Positions 1-8,677 of a stretch of 15,455 nucleotides of DNA are shown piece after piece; the first letter of the stretch is position 1; the number at the start of each line of letters is the position of its first letter. Source of the stretch: Gemmatimonadota bacterium (GTDB taxonomy: Bacteria; Gemmatimonadota; Gemmatimonadetes; Gemmatimonadales; GWC2-71-9); contig JBDHKN010000106.1 of the NCBI GenBank assembly GCA_039586365.1, positions 1-15,455 of the forward strand, written 5' to 3'. A program made the position numbers and the translations under genes. The notes beneath the pieces were generated by a model. That model did not search any database. It was not told the DNA's origin and saw only the letters and a list, made by a program, of their open reading frames with translations.

Positions 1-305
1 TCCCGTAGCGATTGACCCTCGACATATGGCATCACGTAGTACAGCGTGCTGTCGGCCTCACCGGAGTCGATCAAGGTTAGAATGTTGAGATGGTTGAGTT
101 GTGCGCTGATCTGGATCTCACGGAGGAACCGCTCGGCGCCGAGTGAAGCTGCCAGCTCGGGACGGAGGACTTTGACCGCGACTTTGCGGTTGTGCTTCTT
201 GTCAGGTGCGAGATAGACGGTGGCCATCCCACCGCTACCGAGTTCGCGCTCTATGGTGTAGCGGTCGGCGAGGGCAGTCGTGAGGCGTTCCAGCAGGTCA
301 GCCAT
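1..305 (-). CDS. Hanks-type Ser/Thr protein kinase, 5' part (runs off the window start)
   Basis: Not in the ORF track. Manual translation from ATG at 305 gives MADLLERLTTALADRYTIERELGSGGMATVYLAPDKKHNRKVAVKVLRPELAASLGAERFLREIQISAQLNHLNILTLIDSGEADSTLYYVMPYVEGQSLR. It shows the Gly-rich loop, the VAVK lysine and the helix-C RE. An AGGAAGG RBS-like sequence lies upstream. Confidence 0.95.
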   Translation of the reverse strand, partial: MADLLERLTTALADRYTIERELGSGGMATVYLAPDKKHNRKVAVKVLRPELAASLGAERFLREIQISAQLNHLNILTLIDSGEADSTLYYVMPYVEGQSLR

Positions 306-374
306 TGACAGCCTTCCTGTGGTCCTGCTCTAACCTACGGATTGGGGCTGGAGAGGGCCAGCTTGCACCCACAA
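289..374 (-). repeat. Kinase start/leader/promoter element, copy 1 (on the kinase gene)
   Basis: 335-374 matches 1593-1632 at 37/40 nt, including the exact 20-mer TTGGGGCTGGAGAGGGCCAG. GGTCAGCCAT and GTGGTC are also shared. Confidence 0.9.
332..360 (-). promoter_or_regulatory. Putative sigma70-type promoter of the kinase (TGGCCC-17 nt-TAGGTT)
   Basis: Minus-strand hexamers with a 17-nt spacer. The arrangement is conserved in copy 2 (TGGCCC-17-TAGCTT, 1590-1618). The -35 is weak. Confidence 0.45.
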
Positions 375-474
375 GGAGCCCGGCGCGAGCGGGGTAGGTC
401 CCCCTCCAAGCATCGCATGGCCAATTTCACCACGCCCCTGGCTCTCCTGGAGCTCGGGGTTCCGTCTCCTGATC

Positions 475-1272
475 CTACTGCGGCGACGGGAAGGTCAGGA
501 CTCGCCCCACACCCAGTGGCACGAAACTGCTGCGGTACTGCCGGGAAAACGCGTCGATGGCCTCCATTCCCGAGCAGTGGGTCACACCCACCTTCTCCAC
601 CTCCAGCGCCTGGAGGCCCTGCACCGCAGCCCGAACCTGCTGCCCGCTGGCTCCGATCAGATGGAAGCCCCCCATGACCAGGTGGATCGGCTCTTCGCTT
701 AGATCGCGGACGCGCTGGGTCATCTCCACCACGCCCGGATGAGCACACCCGGTGATCACCACCAACCCCACCCCCGTCTCGATCGCCACAGCCTGCTCGG
801 GGATCCCCTGCCCGACCTGCCCAGTGGTGAACACCCCTGGGACGATCTCATCCCCCGGCTCAGACTCGACGACAGTGGTCATGGCCGAGGTCTGCTGGCG
901 AAATTCCTGAGGGAACGCCTCCAGAAGGTAGACCGTTGGTCGGGCACCTAACGCGAACAGCGCTTCCATCCCCCCGGTGTGATCCCCATGGGCGTGGGAA
1001 ATCACCAACGCGTCGATCTCGGCCGGGTCCTTCTCCAGGGTGCGCAGGTTGCGCATGAACATGTCGCCTTGGGTGCCGGTATCGAGCAGCACCGTCCGGT
1101 CACCGATCTCGATCAGAGCCGCAAATCCCCAATCGAACTCCAAGCGGTCATCATGCCAGAGATTGTCATAGATGATCTTGACGCTGATATCCCTCTGTTG
1201 AGCTGCAGTCACAGAGGAAAAGATGGAGAGCGGGAATAGAAGAAGTGTGAACTGAAGGAAGTACCGCCGCAT
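475..1272 (-). CDS. MBL-fold metallo-hydrolase (COG1237/DHPS-like MBL family) with N-terminal signal peptide
   Basis: Motifs LLDTG, ISHAHGDHTGG (HxHxDH), ITGCAHPG, GGFHL and HCSG. The likely start is ATG 1272 (MRRYFLQFTLLLFPLSIFSSVTAAQQ), preceded by GGAG. The ORF track's extension to 1560 is a kinase remnant. Confidence 0.85.
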   Translation of the reverse strand: MRRYFLQFTLLLFPLSIFSSVTAAQQRDISVKIIYDNLWHDDRLEFDWGFAALIEIGDRTVLLDTGTQGDMFMRNLRTLEKDPAEIDALVISHAHGDHTGGMEALFALGARPTVYLLEAFPQEFRQQTSAMTTVVESEPGDEIVPGVFTTGQVGQGIPEQAVAIETGVGLVVITGCAHPGVVEMTQRVRDLSEEPIHLVMGGFHLIGASGQQVRAAVQGLQALEVEKVGVTHCSGMEAIDAFSRQYRSSFVPLGVGRVLTFPSPQ

Positions 1273-1407
1273 GGTGCGCGCTCCATTCGAAGGGTGGCGT
1301 GTCACGGTTGTCTTCTCCACCCCAGATCGGGGGTTGGCTGATTGACATGTAGCTCTCCGTCGCCTGCCCGCAGCACAGCGCGTGTGGGCGAACACCGGAA
1401 GGTTCGT

Positions 1408-1560
1408 CAGTTCTTGGCTGGGAATTGCGATGATTGTGTCACAGGATGCTTCACGATGGCGGGAAGACAAAACGGTACCCACCCCACCATTGCCGAGCTG
1501 AGGTTGTGCTACACAAAACTCGGCGAAAGTTGACTTCGATCGGTCCAACAGGTCAGCCAT
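1408..1560 (-). pseudogene. Decayed N-lobe fragment of a Ser/Thr kinase paralog
   Basis: MADLLDRSKSTFAEFCVAQPQLGNGGVGTV...EL aligns without gaps to MADLLERLTTALADRYTIERELGSGGMATV...EL (residues 1-51 of the kinase at 305). The VAVK lysine is lost and similarity stops after residue ~51. Confidence 0.75.
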
Positions 1561-1632
1561 AGAACAGGCTCCCCGTGGTCCCGAGTCTCAAGCTACGGCT
1601 TGGGGCTGGAGAGGGCCAGATTGCACTCACAA
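1544..1632 (-). repeat. Kinase start/leader/promoter element, copy 2
   Basis: Direct repeat of 289-374 (37/40 in the core). Contains TGGCCC-17-TAGCTT, a GGGGAG RBS-like sequence and ATGGCTGACCTG. Confidence 0.9.
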
Positions 1633-1707
1633 CTGACGGCCAAACGCGACAGCGTGCGCAAACTGGTTCTAAGGGCAGCTAGCTCGAGGGCCCCCTAAAG
1701 CGACGGG

Positions 1708-2724
1708 CTACGGGGCAGACTGGCGCCCGGCCCGGAGGCGCAGCTGCTGGAGTTTCTCCTCGACTTCGGCTGGCACGGTGAGACCGTCGGCGATCGCGGC
1801 GATTTCTTCCGCTTCCTGCCACGCGAGTTCGAGTAGCCACATCTCGCCTTCCAACGCGCAGCGCTCGGCCTCCTCGTTGACCGCCATCTCGATCGCCAGT
1901 CGCATGTCCAACGGCAGCGCCGCCAAAGTGCCACCTGGTCGCAGCGCACTCGCGGCCGCAGCGGAGTGCAGGTAGTGGGCGGGATCGGTGAAGTTCTCCA
2001 GCCGCTTGATGGCCCGTTGGACCATGCGCTGCGGACCGCCTGCACCGTTGATGGCCGGCATTATGAGACCGGTCGCCTGCAGCGCGTGGTCACCGCGTAC
2101 GGTGCCGACGCCGTCAACGTGAGGTAGCTCGAGCTTCCAGCCGCCACCGCCTCCGATATGGGGAACGAGGCGAGCGCCGGCGATATGACTGCCCAGTACC
2201 GTGAGAGCCGTGCCATACTCGGTGTGCACTCGCGCGATGAGCCGCTCGTCCCGTACGCGTCTGGCGTAGCGCTCGCCGGCCCGATACACCCAATAACCAC
2301 CGAGGGCTGCGGCGCCGACAGTCACAGCCCCGGCGATTGCGGCTCCGCCCCCAACGGCCCACGCAGCGGTAGTCACGAGCGCACGCCGCCGGCGCCGCCC
2401 GAACTGGTCGCCGTAGCGCCACGCGGCGAATTCCGGTCGCAAGGCGGCTCCGATGCGAACCAACTCGACTCCCTCGCTGGGACGCGCCAGCCCGATGTTG
2501 GTCGTGCATACCCGCTGCCTGGCGTCTCGGAACAACCGTTCACACTGCTCTACGGCCTCCCAGCGTTCCTCCAGCGGCGACAGGTTCCACCGCTCGCAGT
2601 GGCGGCACACCACCCACAACCTCCCCTTGGCCGGGTCAAACGCGAGCAACCGGCCCACGGGAAACGTGGCGACGACTCGATTCACACCGAGGTCGTGTCT
2701 GCAGAACAAGCAAGTTGTGTACAT
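1708..2724 (-). CDS. Hypothetical membrane protein with N-terminal CxxC...CxxC (probable Zn ribbon)
   Basis: 338 aa ORF with CLFC and CRHC pairs, a hydrophobic Gly/Ala segment after RRRRR, and an acidic helical C-terminus (AWQEAEEIAAIAD). No function recognised. Confidence 0.8.
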   Translation of the reverse strand: MYTTCLFCRHDLGVNRVVATFPVGRLLAFDPAKGRLWVVCRHCERWNLSPLEERWEAVEQCERLFRDARQRVCTTNIGLARPSEGVELVRIGAALRPEFAAWRYGDQFGRRRRRALVTTAAWAVGGGAAIAGAVTVGAAALGGYWVYRAGERYARRVRDERLIARVHTEYGTALTVLGSHIAGARLVPHIGGGGGWKLELPHVDGVGTVRGDHALQATGLIMPAINGAGGPQRMVQRAIKRLENFTDPAHYLHSAAAASALRPGGTLAALPLDMRLAIEMAVNEEAERCALEGEMWLLELAWQEAEEIAAIADGLTVPAEVEEKLQQLRLRAGRQSAP

Positions 2725-2817
2725 ATGGTGACCACTGCGAGCGTGCGACCGAGGCCGCGCCAGCTCCTAAGGCCTGCCGACTCGACTAAATGTGTCCTGT
2801 CAACAGGAGCGGGCGTG

Positions 2818-3261
2818 CTAGCCGAGTAGCTCCGCCGGCGAATGTGCAAATGGATTCACCACCCGCATCGTGTCGATCATCTGTCCATCCTGCAGGTCCT
2901 CGGTCAGCAGATAGCTACATCCAGCAACCTGTGCCGAACTCACGATCAACGCATCCCACCAGGAAAGCCGATACGTATCTTGCACGGCCCAAGCGCCCTC
3001 AATCACGGATACCCCTGCAACGATCGGATCCCAAGACATGAGCGCCCGCGCCTCCTCCCGGGCGATCTTGGGTTTCATGCCTGGCTTCAGCTTGGCGGTT
3101 ACCGTCACGTAGAACTCCTGCAGCACTTGGAAGCTCACGCGACCCGCACGAGTACTCCAGAGGTGATTCATCCAATCGGCAGCACGTCTCTGTTTGCGGG
3201 CATGCGCCGCGTCTCGCGCGTACACGACAACGTTCGTGTCAACGAAGACCAGATCGGTCAT
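2818..3261 (-). CDS. vapC: PIN-domain ribonuclease toxin (VapC family)
   Basis: PIN acidic residues in FVDTNVVVY, QVLQEF, SWWDALIV and LLTEDLQDG, ending VVNPF. Overlaps the upstream antitoxin by 23 nt. Confidence 0.92.
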   Translation of the reverse strand: MTDLVFVDTNVVVYARDAAHARKQRRAADWMNHLWSTRAGRVSFQVLQEFYVTVTAKLKPGMKPKIAREEARALMSWDPIVAGVSVIEGAWAVQDTYRLSWWDALIVSSAQVAGCSYLLTEDLQDGQMIDTMRVVNPFAHSPAELLG

Positions 3262-3481
3262 GTAGCTGGTCGCGGCTGGGATACCGTTTGCGGGGCTCGC
3301 TCAGGAATTGGGGTCGCCGAGACAGATACTTCTTCATGGCCGAATCGTAGGCGTGTTCCCGGCGCATTAGTTCCCGCAGCATGTCACCAAGCATGCGCGA
3401 CACGCTAGTTTCGAGCTCGGCTGCTCGTACACGAGCCCACCGAGCGACCTCTTCGTCGAGGGTGATGGTGACGTTCTTCAT
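3239..3481 (-). CDS. vapB: Ribbon-helix-helix-type antitoxin of the PIN toxin
   Basis: 80 aa, MKNVTITLDEEVARWARVRAAE..TSVSRML (beta strand plus two helices), with C-terminal YPSRDQLHDR. Lies directly upstream of the PIN gene. Confidence 0.85.
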   Translation of the reverse strand: MKNVTITLDEEVARWARVRAAELETSVSRMLGDMLRELMRREHAYDSAMKKYLSRRPQFLSEPRKRYPSRDQLHDRSGLR

Positions 3482-3516
3482 GACACAAAGCTAGTGCTAC
3501 ACGGAAATCGTGTCCA
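3482..3516 (-). promoter_or_regulatory. Leaderless sigma70-type promoter of the TA operon with overlapping operator palindromes
   Basis: Minus strand reads TGGACA(3516-3511)-17 nt-TAGCTT(3493-3488)-6 nt-ATG, with no RBS. Inverted repeats ACACG-GAAAT-CGTGT (3499-3513) and ACAC-N7-GTGC (3483-3497) overlap it. Confidence 0.7.
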
Positions 3517-3639
3517 GCCAGCGGTCAGGACCATTCCTCGCTGCTGACCCGTCATACTATGGGAAGCACCTAGGTTTCGAGGAAGCGCGCTCCGATGGCA
3601 CAGGACTGCTGCCCCACCGCCTACTTGAAGCGGAGCTAC

Positions 3640-5202
3640 CTAATCCGGCGGATACTGGTCCAACGACAGGATCTTGTCCTCGACGAACGCCGCGTACATG
3701 TCGCTCGCAGTCTGCTCCAGCAACGCTCGGTTCTCTAACTGCTCGATCCAACGTAGCGGAATTGCCTCCGCGCCGAGCGCGGCGCCGAGTATTGCGCCGC
3801 AGATGGAGCCGGTGGAGTCGCTATCACCGGAGTGATTCACCGCGGCGAGGGTAGCTGCCGCCCAGTCATTGGGGTGTCTCAAGGCCGAGAACAGCGCAAT
3901 GGCCAGCGCCTCTTCACCCACCCACCCTTGCCCCAGTTGCTCGATTGCGTCAGGCACGGGAATAGAGGACTGTGCCAGCTGTAGCGCCCGGTCGACCGAG
4001 CGGAGCGTCTCTGCGTGACTATCGTAGCGCCTCAGGGAATGACGCGTGGCGCGAACCGCGCTCTTCAACTGACACCCTCGCACCAGTCGCGCGATCAGCT
4101 CTGACAGAAAGCCGGCCGGCAGATAGCCCGACGGGTGTCCGTGGGTCAGCGCCGCACACTCGGCGCCCGCCTCGAACGGATCGTCCAGCTGTAGCGCGAG
4201 ACCCACCGGAGCGGTGCGCATCACGCCACCGCAGCCTCTGCTGTAGTTGATCGGTCGCTCGATCGTTCCCACCTGACCGGAGTCGAGAGCGCTGAGGCAG
4301 GTGCGGCCCGGAGCGCGCCTCTCGTTGGGCTCGTGCTGCGTCTCCCGCCAAGCTAGATAGCGGCGGTGCACAACTGCCTCGAGATCCCAGCTGCCGTGTT
4401 CTTTCCAGCGGTGCCGGGCGCGTATCAGGCCCCTTGCAGTAGCGAGGGACATCTGGGTGTCGTCCGTGTAGCATCCTGCGGGGAACCCTCGCCACCCGGC
4501 GAGGTCCGCCATTCCGGTCGGCCCGTAGCGCTCGACGATCTCGGTCCGTTGCAGGAACTCCACCGGGGCACCGAGGGCGTCGCCGACAGCGAGGCCGAGG
4601 ATCGTGCCGCGGAAACGTGACTGAAGTCGATCGCGGTCGCCAAGTGATCGGTGGCCGCGGGATATTCGTCGGCCCCGCGCTGCACCGGTTTCGTTCCAAC
4701 TGACGATGTAGTCTTCTTGCTCCGGCGTCTCGGGAGATCGTCGTTCGTGTGAATTGGAGCGGTCACGCCAGAGCTGCTGCAGTCGTTCGAGGGCCCGCGT
4801 CCCCGCATGATCGTGTCGTGCCAGCCAGCAGCCCACGATGACGCCGGTTCTACCGATTCCGCCCCAGCAATGCAGGTAGACCAGGCCACCCCGACCGATC
4901 TCCGTATCGATCGCATCCAGGATCTCGCCAGTCTGACTCGGGGAACTTGGTACTGACAGGTCACGAATCGGGAAGTGCTGCACGACGACATCGGTGTCGG
5001 CAAGGACGGCGACGAGTTCGTCGTACGGTTCGAGTCCGTCCTCCGGATGGGTGAGATCGACGAAGCAGGTGACACCGGCGGCGAGCAGGGCCGCTATCTT
5101 GAACTCGGACGACTTGGTGTCGAAGGACCTGGGATACTCACCGGCCAGGAGCTTCCCAAGCTCGACCCAATAGCAGTTCGGGATTGGTTTTGGCTGCGTC
5201 AC
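3640..5202 (-). CDS. Fusion of a CX5R protein-tyrosine/dual-specificity phosphatase (N-term) and an ADP-ribosylglycohydrolase (DraG/ARH family, C-term)
   Basis: Phosphatase motifs LAGEYP, FPIRD, YLHCWGGIGRTG and SPETPEQ. ARH motifs GLAVGDALGAPVEF, YTDDTQMS, GCGGVMR, THGHP and NHSGDSDSTGSICG. The likely start is GTG 5202, overlapping the comE stop (GTGA), giving ~520 aa. Confidence 0.88.
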   Translation of the reverse strand: MTQPKPIPNCYWVELGKLLAGEYPRSFDTKSSEFKIAALLAAGVTCFVDLTHPEDGLEPYDELVAVLADTDVVVQHFPIRDLSVPSSPSQTGEILDAIDTEIGRGGLVYLHCWGGIGRTGVIVGCWLARHDHAGTRALERLQQLWRDRSNSHERRSPETPEQEDYIVSWNETGAARGRRISRGHRSLGDRDRLQSRFRGTILGLAVGDALGAPVEFLQRTEIVERYGPTGMADLAGWRGFPAGCYTDDTQMSLATARGLIRARHRWKEHGSWDLEAVVHRRYLAWRETQHEPNERRAPGRTCLSALDSGQVGTIERPINYSRGCGGVMRTAPVGLALQLDDPFEAGAECAALTHGHPSGYLPAGFLSELIARLVRGCQLKSAVRATRHSLRRYDSHAETLRSVDRALQLAQSSIPVPDAIEQLGQGWVGEEALAIALFSALRHPNDWAAATLAAVNHSGDSDSTGSICGAILGAALGAEAIPLRWIEQLENRALLEQTASDMYAAFVEDKILSLDQYPPD

Positions 5203-5870
5203 AGCTGGGCCGTCATGTCGGCGCCTTGGGCACCGCGCGTCAGCGCCCGACGGAACCGCTCCTTGAGGAGAGCCCCGTCCCGCGGTGGCATGACCAGGGG
5301 GACCTTTTCCGGCAGCACCTTCACTACAGCCAGACTCGGGCCTGGCAGAACGTGGATTGCCTCTCGCAGCGCCGCTAGCTGCTCCATGCGGGTGATCGTG
5401 GCGGTTCGAGCAAACGCGCACCCTGCAGCCACGGCCGCCAGATCCACTCCATGAGCCGTGTGGCTGGCCTGCATCCCCGTTTCTCCGTAACGGCCGTTGT
5501 CCAACACCACTATCGAGAGGTTCTTGGGACCCTGCACCCCGATGGTTGCCAACGACCCCAGCCCCATGAGCAATTCGCCGTCGCCTGTGATGACCACGAC
5601 CCTGCGTTCGGGACGGGCCAGGGCGAGGCCCAGCCCCGTCATGGCCGCCTGGCCCATGCCGCCCCAGAGGGGAAAGGTGAGAGGATGGTCGCCGGCGGCC
5701 GTGCAATCCCAGGCCGGCGATCCCAGCCCCGCCACGACCAACAGGTCGCCCCGCTCATCCAGCAAGCGAGCAACCGCCTCCCTGCGGCGGAGCGGCCCAG
5801 CGGAGGAACCGATTTTGGCCGGCGCAGCACCGGCGTCTGGCTCGCTCCTGGAACGGTCTCCCGGGCTCAT
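5199..5870 (-). CDS. comE: ThDP-dependent decarboxylase beta subunit (ComE / phosphonopyruvate decarboxylase C-terminal-like)
   Basis: ThDP motif GDGELLMGLGSLATI...VLDNGRYGETG, plus WGGMG. ATGA overlap with the alpha subunit. Substrate is uncertain, so the symbol is family-level only. Confidence 0.8.
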   Translation of the reverse strand: MSPGDRSRSEPDAGAAPAKIGSSAGPLRRREAVARLLDERGDLLVVAGLGSPAWDCTAAGDHPLTFPLWGGMGQAAMTGLGLALARPERRVVVITGDGELLMGLGSLATIGVQGPKNLSIVVLDNGRYGETGMQASHTAHGVDLAAVAAGCAFARTATITRMEQLAALREAIHVLPGPSLAVVKVLPEKVPLVMPPRDGALLKERFRRALTRGAQGADMTAQL

Positions 5871-6421
5871 CGAGCGCGCTGCTCCTCGAAGCTCTTGATG
5901 CCGATCAGGGCTTGGGAGATCAGCACGGCCACGGCGGCGTCTTCCTCCCCAGCCTCCCGCAGAGCCTCCCGCACCGCGGCCGCAACGTCATTCGCGCGCT
6001 CCACTCTGCGAACCCGCACCCCCATGGCCTCGAGCATCTGCGGCGCGGCGCGGCCCATGGGCACCTGCCAGGGATTGAACTCGCCTGCTTCCCCTCGCAT
6101 GGTCACGATCATCACGAAGGGGAGGCGGCACTCCCTCACCGTGCCCAGCACGTTCACCATGTTGCCGACGCCGCTGGACTGGAGCAACAGAACGCTGCTC
6201 GCTCCTCCGAGCCAGGCACCCAGGGCCAACCCTACCGCCTCCTCCTCGCTGGTGAGCGACACGGTACGCATGGAAGAGTCGGCCCGGCACAGCTCGATGA
6301 GGCGCTTGTGCCCGGCATCAGGGACGTAGCTCACCAAGCGCACCCTCCGAGCGGCGAGGGTCCGATGGATCTCCAGCGGCCAGTCGCGGGCCGGCAGCGG
6401 CGCAGGGTTTGGCGTGTCCAG
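5867..6421 (-). CDS. comD: ThDP-dependent decarboxylase alpha subunit (ComD-like Pyr domain)
   Basis: YVPDAGH, SEEEAVG (catalytic Glu), LLQSSGVGN and MRGEAGEFNPWQVPMG. Start uncertain: CTG 6421 follows GGAGAG and CTG 6436 follows GAGGAG. The symbol is family-level only. Confidence 0.8.
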   Translation of the reverse strand: MDTPNPAPLPARDWPLEIHRTLAARRVRLVSYVPDAGHKRLIELCRADSSMRTVSLTSEEEAVGLALGAWLGGASSVLLLQSSGVGNMVNVLGTVRECRLPFVMIVTMRGEAGEFNPWQVPMGRAAPQMLEAMGVRVRRVERANDVAAAVREALREAGEEDAAVAVLISQALIGIKSFEEQRAR

Positions 6422-6500
6422 TGGCTCGCTCTCCAGGGGACTCCTCGAACAATCAGCAGCAACTCCGCCCGCAGGACCCGGTCGTCCTCGGGGGAAACGA

Positions 6501-6530
6501 AAGCTAGCGGCTTCGGGAAGGTGCTGTCGA
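6501..6530 (-). promoter_or_regulatory. Putative promoter of the comD-comE-phosphatase/ARH unit (TCGACA-18 nt-TAGCTT)
   Basis: Same -10 hexamer as the TA promoter and kinase-leader copy 2. The -35 overlaps the first unit of the heptamer array. Confidence 0.45.
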
Positions 6531-6581
6531 TCGACGATTGACGGGTGACGACTGACTATCGACGATTGACGACTGACGCGC
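6526..6581 (+). repeat. Degenerate 7-bp tandem array (consensus GACGA[T/C]T), 8 units
   Basis: GTCGATC GACGATT GACGGGT GACGACT GACTATC GACGATT GACGACT GACGCGC. Confidence 0.9.
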
Positions 6582-6702
6582 GGGATGGGCTGCGCAGGGA
6601 CTCCCAAACCTGTCCAACAATACGGTGCCGGTCGGCTCCACCACTGAGAAACTGGCATAGGGTATCCCGTGCTGAACCGCAAACTCGGTGCTAGCTACGG
6701 TG

Positions 6703-6735
6703 CAGCCAGGCCAGCGGGTTCCAGAGCGAACGTGG
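6703..6735 (+). repeat. Dispersed ~33-bp intergenic repeat, copy A
   Basis: CAGCCAGGCCAGCGGGTTCCAGAGCGAACGTGG resembles CAGCAAGCCGGCGGGTTCCGAGCGAACCGTGG at 13318-13349. Confidence 0.65.
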
Positions 6736-6830
6736 GGTGAGCAGTAACAGCTATTGATTTGCGCTGTTCTTCTACCTCTGATTGCAGATCTGCGAGGATT
6801 CGCTTTCAGCCGCGTTCATCGGCGGCACTG

Positions 6831-7608
6831 CTAGAACTCCTCTCGATCGAACCGTCTGAGCGCGAGCAGCACGCACAGCAGGCTCCACAACGCCGTAAGG
6901 ACGATCGATAACCAAGCCCCATGAGGCAGCGTGCCTTCTCGCGCAACCGCCCCGGCGATTGGGTGCAACGCCCAAGGCAACAGGGGAGTGACCGATGGGA
7001 GGGCACTCGGCAGTATCAACCCGGCAATCAGGAATCCGATCGCCACACCCGACACCGCTCCACGACCGTTGAATAACGTGCCGGCCACGAGGGTCAGCGC
7101 GAGGTAGAACACCAGGTGCTCGACGTGGATCAGAACGCCCGCCAGGAACGGCACCAGCGGGGGCTGCATCAATGCGTGATGGATGGACTGCAGGTAGAAC
7201 ACCACCGTGGGTATCACCACCGCCAGGAACGTGAAGGAAACACCGTTCACCAGCAACTTGGATAGCAGCATTGCCGGACGCGATACCGGTTTGGACAGCA
7301 CCCATTCGGCGGTTCCCAGCTGTTTCTCGCCCAGCACAGCACTCTGCGTCGCCACGACAATTCCGATGGTCGCAAACAATCCGCCCGCACGGATGAACAC
7401 TTCAATCAGCTCGGCCAGCACTTCCTGCGGTGCGTGGCTCTGTCTCTCGTCCACACCGACCAGGAACAGCAGCCCGTTGATCACGAACAACCAGAGCACC
7501 AGGTGCAGCAACGAGCGCCTGGTGTGCCACCACGAACCCCATTCCTTGCCAACCATGTTGCCGAAACCGACCAACCAGCCGCTGCCGGTCCGGACTTGCA
7601 GGGGAACG

Positions 7609-7619
<11 letters not shown>
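6831..7619 (-). CDS. ABC-2 type exporter permease
   Basis: About six hydrophobic segments, the signature GEKQLGTAEWVLSKPVSR...LSKL, and C-terminal RRFDREEF. Overlaps the ATPase gene by 11 nt. Confidence 0.9.
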
Positions 7620-8568
<949 letters not shown>

Positions 8569-8621
8569 GAGCTACCCCCAATCGTTCTACGTGCGTTACG
8601 AGGACGGGCTAAATAAGGTTT

Positions 8622-8677
8622 CGAGATTGACGAGTTACGATTGACGGATGACGATTGACGATTGGCGATTGGCGAGA
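8622..8677 (+). repeat. Degenerate 7-bp tandem array (GACGATT), 7-8 units
   Basis: CGAGATT GACGAGT TACGATT GACGGAT GACGATT GACGATT GGCGATT GGCGAGA. Confidence 0.9.

Noticed and set aside
1636..1695. Resemblance to a c-di-GMP-I riboswitch (CAAAC-GC-GACA-GC..GCAAA..CTAAG)
   Set aside because: The stems are too short, P1 cannot be formed convincingly, and it is on the + strand with no downstream + gene.
2795..2808. TCCTGT-CA-ACAGGA palindrome containing a perfect TTGACA on the minus strand
   Set aside because: No -10 lies at proper spacing. It may be a weak hairpin after vapC, but support is too thin to call.
306..3639. Integron cassette array (co-oriented genes, TA pair, intergenic repeats)
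   Set aside because: No consistent RYYYAAC...GTTRRRY attC structures or integrase were found, and the repeats are explained as kinase leaders.
3510..3639. Possible glyoxalase-like fragment (YYGKHLGFEE) on the + strand
   Set aside because: Only a few residues resemble the motif and the rest of the frame gives no support.
5203..5706. N-terminal 168 aa of the 688-aa ORF 3640..5706
   Set aside because: Low-complexity off-frame read-through of comE. Phosphatase similarity begins only at GTG 5202.
6437..6682. N-terminal extension of ORF 5867..6682
   Set aside because: It runs through the heptamer array (SRQSSIVSRHPSIV) and the predicted promoter, and is not protein-like.
6786..6828. ATCTGCG...CCGCGTTCATCGGCGG, reminiscent of short REP-like repeats
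   Set aside because: Single degenerate copy in this window, so it cannot be established as a repeat.
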